The notes under the pieces are model-generated. The model was not told the DNA's origin and ran no database searches. It saw only the letters and a program-made list of their open reading frames with translations. A program made the position numbers and the translations under genes. Of a DNA stretch of 20,000 nt, positions 8,801 through 17,500 are shown in pieces. The DNA lies in sequence record SRR20825019_3094. One strand, given 5' to 3'. How positions within the stretch are numbered: position 1 is the stretch's first letter; each line of letters begins with the position of its first letter.

Positions 8801-11800
8801 TGGACCTCGGTACCATCAAGACTCGGCTTCAGTCCAAGGGTGAGATTGCTTCACCCTCCGAGTTTATTGAGTTGGTCAACCTGACCTTCCAGAATTGCAT
8901 TACATTCAACGGCCTGTCCTCACCCTACGGAAACATGGCTACAAGGCTGCAAGGTGTCTTTAGTACTTTGTTGTCTGACTTGGGTTTCTCGTTTGCTGAT
9001 CAGGAATCTTCGATGGTATCCAAGATTTCTGCTCCAAGAACACCGGCTCCTACGGCGGCTCCCACGCCATCGAGCGGGAAGGGGCGGAAGAAGAGTGATT
9101 GGTTTCACAAGGCTTCGAGCATTCTCTCGAAGTTGCAACAAGAGCAACATGCAGAATTTTTTAATGAACCGGTGGACCCAGTCAAGATGGGTATTCCTGA
9201 TTATTTCAATGTGATATCTAACCCGATGGACTTGGGTACTGTCGCGAGGAAACTGGCCGCCAAGGATTATTCTCTGCCACAAGAGTTTAAGGCGGACATT
9301 TTGCTTGTGTTCGAGAATGCAACGACATACAATTCTCCGGAATCGTTGGTGCACAACGCGGCGAATAGCTTGAAGAAAAAGTTCTTTCGAGCCTACGATG
9401 ATGACGATATGGCCTCACGAGTAGCTGTGAATTCTAGTGAAGCACCTGTGACCCCGGCACAGAAGCCTCCGAAGGCAACATTTGTTCTGAAAGGGCCAAG
9501 AACACCTGCAACCGCTACAGCGAAAGCCGCTGTTACCCCGACTTGGAAAGCTGCTGCCCTTGATGTCCTTCAGAAGCTGAAGAAAAAGGAGAACCACCAC
9601 TTCTTTGCCAATCCTGTAAACCCAGAACTAGATGGGGCGCCCGACTACTTTGAGAGAATAGAGACGCCTATGAGCTTAAGTGAGGTGGAAAAGAGACTTA
9701 TGGAAGGGACTATTAAGTCTGCCGATGAATTCACGACGTGGGTGTCCTTAGTTTTTGACAATGCTGTTCAGTATAATGGTCCTAATCACCTTGTCGGATC
9801 GGCTGCTTTAAAGTTGAAGGGAGATTTCACCAAGCTATTCAAGCAGCGTCTGTCAGAAGCTACTGCGTTCCCTTCTACTCCGCCTGCCGCGCTCGAACGA
9901 AAGCAGTCGACTGGCTTGTCGGTCTCGTCCTTGAAGAAGGAAAAGCCACCCCTTGCCCAGTCATCCAACGAATGGGTCCGGCATGCTAAGGGTATGATTG
10001 CACAATTCTTAAAGAAGGAGAAGGATGGGCACTGGTTTTCTCGACCTGTGGATCCTGTCAAGGACGGAGTCCCCGAGTACTTCAGTGTTATCACGGAACC
10101 CATGGATCTGGGCACCATCGACGCGATGCTGAAGAAGGGAGAAATTAGTGGTCATGAAGAGTTTGCACGCTTGGTCCGTCTCACATTTGAAAACTGCATC
10201 AAGTTTAATACACTCAATGATTATGTTGGAAAGACAGCCGATATATATTTGAAGAAGTTCGAGAATATGTATGCTCACTTCGTCCGCAACATGAAAGAAG
10301 GTACCCTAAAAAAGAAGCCCGGGCGACCACCGTTGGAGCCGGGTGCTATGAAAACACCTGGGCGGCCCCGTGGGTTCCCTGAGGCGCCACAAACTGCCCC
10401 GCAAATGCGAGGGCGACCGCGAACTACGGGTTCTTGGCATGCAGGAGCTCGATTGATATTGCAACATTTGAAGGCAAAGGACACTATGTCCATATTCGCG
10501 CAACCTGTAGATCCCGTCGCTCTGAACATCCCAGATTATCCAAATGTTGTAAAGGATCCAATGGATCTTGGTACTGTCGAGTCTTTGGTTGGGTCTGGAA
10601 AATGCGACAACCCTGAAGAATTTGCCCGTCTGATCCGCTTAACCTTTGACAACTGCATTTTGTTCAATGGAGATAACGAGATTGGGCGCTTTGCTGTTGA
10701 CATGAAATCTGACTTTGAGGTTTTATACAAAAAGAAGATTGAAGGGCTTCTTGGTTCGACAATGGCCAAGCCTCCTACTGCTCCCGGTGCAGAATGGATT
10801 GCTGTAGCCAAAGAAATTTTGAAGAAGATCAAGAACGATAAGAAATCTGATGAGTTCCAACGCGATATCAACCAGGTCAAGGCAACCTGTCCGCAATATG
10901 ATGATGTCGTGAAAGAGCCGATGGACTTAGTCATCATTGGGCGCCACCTGAATACTGGGCGAATTAAGGATATGGAGGAGTTCTGTCGCCTGATGAAGCT
11001 GACCTTCCTGAACAGCATTAAGTACCACACCCTGAATGCAGATATCAGCCAAGATGCTGTAGTTTGCTTGATCAAATTCGTAGAAGAAGTTCGAAAGATT
11101 ACTGGCAAGAAAGACAATGATTGGCGAGAGAAGGCTTTTGGTATTCTTCATTTTATGCTTGATATTGACCCTGACGAACACTTCACTGTTGATCCACTTA
11201 CTTTCAATCTTGAGGGCTATGCTGACATGATCAAGGAGCCGATGTCGCTCAGTTGGATTCAACGAGAACTTGCCGATGGGGGCCAAATTCAAGACTCGGA
11301 TGAGTTTAACCGGTGCATGCACTTGGTGTTCATCAATTGCATTACCTACCATGGTCGTGACTCCGACTTTGGAAACCTTGCATATCATATGAAAAGATTC
11401 TATGAGTCGTTGAGGAAGAAAAGAAAGCTAGAGGTTTCGTCGGCGGCTGAAGTCCCCTCAGTAGATCTCGCTGTCAAATCTAGTCTTGGTGATGGGGCAT
11501 CTCCAGGTGCTAAGTGGCTACTTTGCCCTGCGGAAGACAATTGGAAGGAAGGGGCGCGCCGGCTTCTCCTGAAAATTCTCTCCGAGGTCCATGGACCCAT
11601 GTTCTTCTACCATGTTCCAGATTTGATTCCGGAGTACTCCCAGAAGATCAAGGAACCCATGGACTTCTTCACTATCCAGTCAATGTTTGCTTCGGGGTCT
11701 ATTGCATCCCCGGAAGAATTCAAACGACTGGGCAGCCTGTGCTTCGACAATTGTGTGGAATTTAATTCTAACAATGAGGACATCGTAGTCATTGCACGAG

Positions 11801-14469
11801 AGTTCAAGAAACAATTTGACGAACTGTACTCAACGTGGGTACTGCAGCCAGAGTCCTTGGTAAAGCATGAGACTAGTTGGTTGGGGCCCGCACGGAAGAT
11901 TCTTCAGTCTCTATCGCGGCACCCTTGCGCGCACTGGTACAATGTTCCCGTCGATTATGTGCAGCTAGGGCTCACACATTACCCCGTGATGATTAAGAAC
12001 CCTATGGATCTTGGAACGGTGGGTGAGATGGTGAAGAACAAAAGGATTGGGACTCGCGAAGAGTTTGCTTGCCTCGTCCGCTTGGTTTTCACCAATGCCA
12101 TGGTGTTCAACAAGCCTGAACACGATGTATACAAGGTGTCAGATAGTCTTTATCAAAAGTTTAATGAGGCTTTTGAGGAGAAGTTAAGCGCTGCTGCTAT
12201 AGCGCAGAGCAAATTGAACCGGCTGGACGACGAAGGAAGGAAGGAGCAACGCCGTCATAGATCCAATTCGGTCATTAGCATTGAGTGCGAGTTTGATGGT
12301 TGGCAGGACAAGGCTATCGAGATGCTTGACAAGCTTAAAGACAACCAAATCGCTGATGTGTACTCAAAACCTGTGGATACATCGGCACCTAGGATGCACA
12401 ACTACTTGCAAGAGGTTCATGAACCAATGGATCTGGGGCAAATAACAAGCGATTTGCAAGCAGGCTCTATCAGTTCTTACAGTGAATTTAAGCGCCGGGT
12501 GAGGCTAGTGTTTGATAATTCTATTCTCTTCCACGGAATGAATTCAGTGTATGGCACTCTGGCATTTACACTGTTGAACAAATTTGAGGATTTGCATGAG
12601 GAACTGTTGATAGCTCAAGGCTTGAAGAAACCTCCCGAGGATGTTGAAGCCATCCAGAGTCAGAAACAGAGTCAAAAGCGGGGTGCGCGTGTTCGGTTTG
12701 GGCGTGTTATATCGCAGCTGCTTCGGGGCCCTGGCGGTAAACTGTTTGCCATACCGGTTGACCCCGAAAAGCACGGATGCAGTGACTACTTAGAAATTAT
12801 CAAAAAGCCTATGGACTTTGGTACCATTGAGCAAATGGTGGATGACGGAAAGATTGAATCCCAGACCGAGTTCAATGACCTTGTTGAACTAACCCTCACT
12901 AATTGTCTTTTTTACAATGGAGATAGCGAGAATGGGTTGCATATTAGCGAGTATGCCCTGAAGTCGTTCAAAACTTGGGAGGAAACAGATCCCCAGAGGG
13001 CGAACCGCATGTCGAAAATCCGGATGCAATGTGCTGCGCGAATCAAGCGCCGTATGGCTGAACATCAGCGAATGAAACGCGAAGAAGCTGGCCGCGATGT
13101 GGCTGTTGACGATGTTGCCGATGAAGATGACGTTCCCCTGGCCCGGGTTAATCTTGCTTCCAAGGCTAAGGACATATCGAAGAATTTGATGAAAAAGTGT
13201 GCTGAGATTGTATCGTATCTTAACAAGGCGGATCAGAGGCATGGACTCTTGTCGAAGGGGGTGGGCTTGGTTGTCGGGCTACAAGAGATCCAACGACGTC
13301 TTCGCAATCAGTTGTACAGCGTTCACAGCGATTTCGCATTGGATGTGTCCACGCTTTTCCGGGGCGTTCTGGCGGCAGTTCCTAGCAAGAGTAGTATCAT
13401 TATGGAGATGTTCAGTGACTTCAACAAGATGTATCGCCCCATCGTTGAGCAAGATCGTTTGGTCCAGCTGGAAGAGATGACGTTAAGATTAGAAACCAAG
13501 AAGCGCGTCCATGAAGATGAAAAGCCCAAGGTTGACGTCTCGAAAGACGTGGAAAACGTCCTAGCCAAGAAGGACCCCAAGAAGTCCAAGTATAGTGTTC
13601 CCCAAGAAATTGACACAAATCGCTCGAGCAAGTTTTCGATGTCCTTTAAGAAGCGCTCACCCTCACGGTTAGGTGGAAAGGTTTTGGTTGAGCCAAGTCC
13701 AAAGAGGTTGCGTGCGTTTGAGGAAGATGAAGCTGACGACGAGATGGAACTCGACGTTCCTCCTGAGTACATTCGTTGGGAGGAGAAGGCAATTCACTCT
13801 GCAAGAGCGGCGCCCAAGATAGCTCCTGCGTTTGTTGACCCGGTGTCGCTCTTGACAGCCAATGGCGAGAAGAAAGACTCCAGGGTTGTCACTTTTGGTT
13901 TCCCTGTCAAGGTCCCTGAATTCCGTCGCGAGGCATATGCCCTTGCTAAAGGCCATTGGAAGAAGATGTTTGGACCATGCCCAAGCGGGCATCTCCTGTC
14001 CCATGATGTCGACATATTTCGAAAGAAGGACAATGCTGACCTGCTTCCTTGCCAGCTTATGATGTACACTCTTAGGGTGATGTGCCCAGAAGGGAACTGG
14101 AATCGAGGCAAGGTTGCGGTGTCGGTGACGAAGGATGAGTCCTTTGATGACCTGGAAACTAGCCTTGCGAGTCTCCTCAGCGATGTTGAAGAGTTGAAGA
14201 ACTACGATGACGAGGGTGACGAAGCCCTGACAATGATGTATGAACCAGCTCGTGTTAAGTCCATTTTGGACTCGTATTCTGATCTCTTGTCCGAAAATTT
14301 CCATTACCACCCCCAAGGCTTCTATCTTTCAACGAAGACAGAGCACCGGGGTGGACTGACTTTCCTAACTTTGAAAGTGCTCGGCCTGGAGGGAACCCTC
14401 TCGGTAAGCTATGACGAGTGGACAGTACCCTTAGTTGGACCTGTGCAGTCGTGTATTCCGTCCCGCTAA
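5822..14469 (+). CDS. Giant multi-bromodomain protein with N-terminal PHIP/BRWD-like cryptic Tudor region; 2 exons, ~2863 aa
   Basis: Exons 5822-7516 and 7573-14469 are joined by a 56-nt intron (GTATGT...GCTAAT...CAG) that restores PMDLGTVK|DRLEKGVY inside bromodomain 3. There are 16 repeats of the F..PV...Y...I..PMDL..I...L......F......L.F.N...[YF][NH] bromodomain signature. The N-terminal YAPQLFDEVYY..AH / RYHD..EFLVL / V.WD...SPWEL motifs resemble the BRWD/PHIP region preceding the bromodomains. Confidence 0.93.
6400..13440 (+). repeat. Tandem array of 16 bromodomains plus one degenerate copy (protein-level repeat)
   Basis: The cores in order are PMYLD, PMDLA, PMDLG, PMDLG, PMDLE, PMDLG, PMDLG, PMSLS, PMDLG, PMDLG, PMDLV, PMSLS, PMDFF, PMDLG, PMDLG and PMDFG. 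A degenerate unit (GLQEIQRRLRNQLY..HSDFALDV..LF) lies at about 13190-13435. Confidence 0.9.
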
Positions 14470-14473
14470 GCCT

Positions 14474-14529
14474 AATAAATCCTTGTTGTACTTGAATTGA
14501 AACCATTTGAGTATCATGTCATTTTTATT
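14474..14529. terminator. Pair of opposed AATAAA polyadenylation signals in the 62-nt convergent spacer
   Basis: AATAAA on + at 14474-14479 begins 4 nt after the bromodomain stop. AATAAA on - at 14529-14524 begins 2 nt after the EGF gene stop. Confidence 0.6.
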
Positions 14530-14531
14530 GA

Positions 14532-17500
14532 TTACTTGGCTGCAGTCTCCTTACGGAGGTTGCCAGCAATGAGTGTCCCACAGTTGTCTCCGGTCCATGC
14601 CGAGTCACAGGTGCACTGACCAAAGTGGCAATGGCCATGTCCACTGCAATCGTTTGGACAAAACTCTGAGGCGCAGTCGAGCCCGGCCCAACCATTGAAG
14701 CAACTGCATTCTCCCAGAGTGCAAGTGCCATGCCCCGAGCACGGGTTGTCCTCCCCACCAGGGCACGCTACCTTACCACAATCAGCCCCATAATATCCCT
14801 TAGAGCAATGGCATATTCCATCCACGCAAGTTCCACGACCCGTGCAGCCATGGAGGCAGTTGTGCACCGAACAATCATGGCCGCCAAACCCAGGCTCACA
14901 AACGCATACACCATCCAAGCACTTCCCGCGATTTGAACACTTGTTCATACACACCTCACCTCCACAGTCAGTGCCTGTGAAGCCGGCATAGCACTGACAT
15001 ATTCCGTCTTCAAGACACTTTCCGTGTCCCATGCATCCATGCAAACAAAGGCGCTTCGAGCAATCATCGCCTTCGAAACCTTCGTCGCATTCGCACTCGC
15101 CCGATACGCACGTACCATGTCCCGAACACCTATTCCGGCACAGGTTGACCCGTGTCCAGCAGTCCGCTCCGGTATATCCTACATGGCAATGGCACACTCC
15201 TTCAACGCATTTGCCGTGTCCATGGCAATTACTACGGCAAAGGTCGGACAAGACGCTGCAACTGGCTCCCGTATAGCCACTATGACATTCGCATATGCCA
15301 TCAGTGCAGACACCATGCCCGGAGCAATTCTTCCGACAAAGATCCGCAAGCGTGGCACAGCTAGCCCCAGTGTAACCCTCAACACAATGACAGATTCCAT
15401 TGTGGCAGGCACCATGGCCAGTGCAGTTGTTTCGGCACAAGGATGCTTCCTTCCAACAGTCTGAACCAGTGAATCCGTCTTCACAATAGCAAATACCCCC
15501 AACACATTGACCGTGCCCGCTGCAGTTATTCCGGCATGCGCGTACTTCTGAGAAGCAGTCGGTACCTGTGAACCCGTCCATGCAGTAACAGACGCCTCGG
15601 TCGCACTTTCCATGGCCGTGGCAGTTGTTGCGGCAAAGATTAGCCTCAACAGAGCAGTCAGCGCTAGTGTAGCCGTCCTTGCAATGGCACACACCATTGT
15701 CGCATACACCATTACCAGAGCAGTTGTTGCGACACAGATTGCTGAGCATCATGCAATCCGCTCCAACGTAGCCCTGAATGCAGTGACACACCCCCGCCCG
15801 ACAAAGACCGTGGCCGGAGCAATTGTTTCGACATTCATCTTCAAGCACGGAGCAGTCATCACCCTCAAAGCCGCGGATGCAGTGACACACACCCTGGTTG
15901 CATCGTCCATGCCCACTACAGTCATTCCGGCACAGATTGGCCAAAACCTTGCAGTCGTCACCTTCATACCCGTTGTTACAGTGGCAGACTCCTCGGTAGC
16001 AGTCACCGTGACCACTACAATTGTTGCGGCAGAGGTTGGACATAGTGGCACAGTCATCACCCTGATAACCATCCTTACAGTGGCACACTCCACGGATACA
16101 GTGCCCGTGGCCCGAGCATCCTCGTCGGCACAAATTAACCTGAACTCTGCAATCATCGCCCTCAAACCCAGCGAAGCAATGGCAAACCCGCCCTTGGCAG
16201 AGACCATGCCCTGAACAGTTTGTGCGGCAAAGATCGGCAAGAGTGGCGCAGTCGTCGCCTTCAAACCCTTCTACACAGTGACAGACACCCTCATGGCAAG
16301 CACCATGCCCACTGCAATTGTTGCGGCACAAATCAACCATAACCTCGCAATCATCGCCCTCAAACCCTTCCTCGCAGTGACACACACCATCGACACATGT
16401 TCCGTGATCGGAGCAGTTCTTGCGGCAGAGGTCTGCGCGAATGGCGCAATCATCGCCCTGGAAGCCATCCTCACAATGGCAGACACCGTCAATGCAGTCA
16501 CCGTGTTGGCTGCATTCATTACGGCAGAGATTAACAAGAATCTCGCAATCGTCACCTTCGTAGCCTTCCTCACAATGGCATACTCCAGGATCGACACATT
16601 GCCCGTGACCACTGCAGTTGCCCCGGCACAAGTCGGCAATGGCCCAACAGTCCTCGCCGAAGTAGCCATCATGACAGTGACATACGCTGTCAACACAAGT
16701 GCCGTGACCGTTGCAGTCACTAGGGCAGTCCTTCACTCCACAGTCCGCCCCCGAGAAGCCGCGGAAGCAATGGCAAGTACCTCCAAGATCACAAAAACCA
16801 TTGAAGTAACACTCGTGAGGGCAAGTTTCAAGCTGGCATTGCTGGCCCTTGTATCCTGGGTAGCAATGGCATCTGCCGCGGTAGCAGAATCCCTTCTGGG
16901 AACAGTCGGCAGGGCACGGAATCGGAACCGAGCAGTCGTTGCCTGTGAATCCTTCCTCGCACTCGCACTTTCCGTTGACGCAAACCCCGCGGTAGCTGCA
17001 CGCAGGGGTGCACACTTGATCACTGCATGTGGGGCCGACAAATCCGCGCTCACACTCACAGGACCCCTTGTTGCATTCGCCGTGGCCGGAGCAGTTATTG
17101 CTGCACACCAAACAATCCTCGATGCACACCTTGGTTGCTTTTGGGTCTTCCATGTGATGCAGAGCACACATTGACACGCATGTCTTGTTAGCAATTTCCA
17201 TTCCATGCATCCACGAAAATCCTCCAGGAAGAATGGGCCATTTGTTTGCTCGAGCCGTGCGGACACAGTTCTTACTGCAAAGATCCGCAGCCACGGTGTC
17301 GTGAGGATGAGCCCAGGCACAAGAGAACACGCAAGTGCGCGACTGCACTTGAGATGGAAGCATTTCAACAGCCACAACCTTACCCTTGCCATCTGTGCTT
17401 GGTTGCGATATTACAGTCTGCTGTGTGTCGTAGCAATCAACTCCTCCAAAACCGTCATTACATTTGCACTTTGTGTCACGGCAGAGGCCATTTCCACTAC

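Noticed and set aside
7579-14469. Treating the 578-aa and 2296-aa ORFs as two genes or a frameshifted pseudogene
   Set aside because: A canonical 56-nt intron joins them in the middle of a bromodomain, and the second ORF starts at TTG.
15057-16643. Regularly spaced ~99-nt DNA repeats considered as a CRISPR-like array
   Set aside because: The repeats are degenerate at third codon positions and lie in frame within a CDS; there are no identical repeats with unique spacers and no cas genes.
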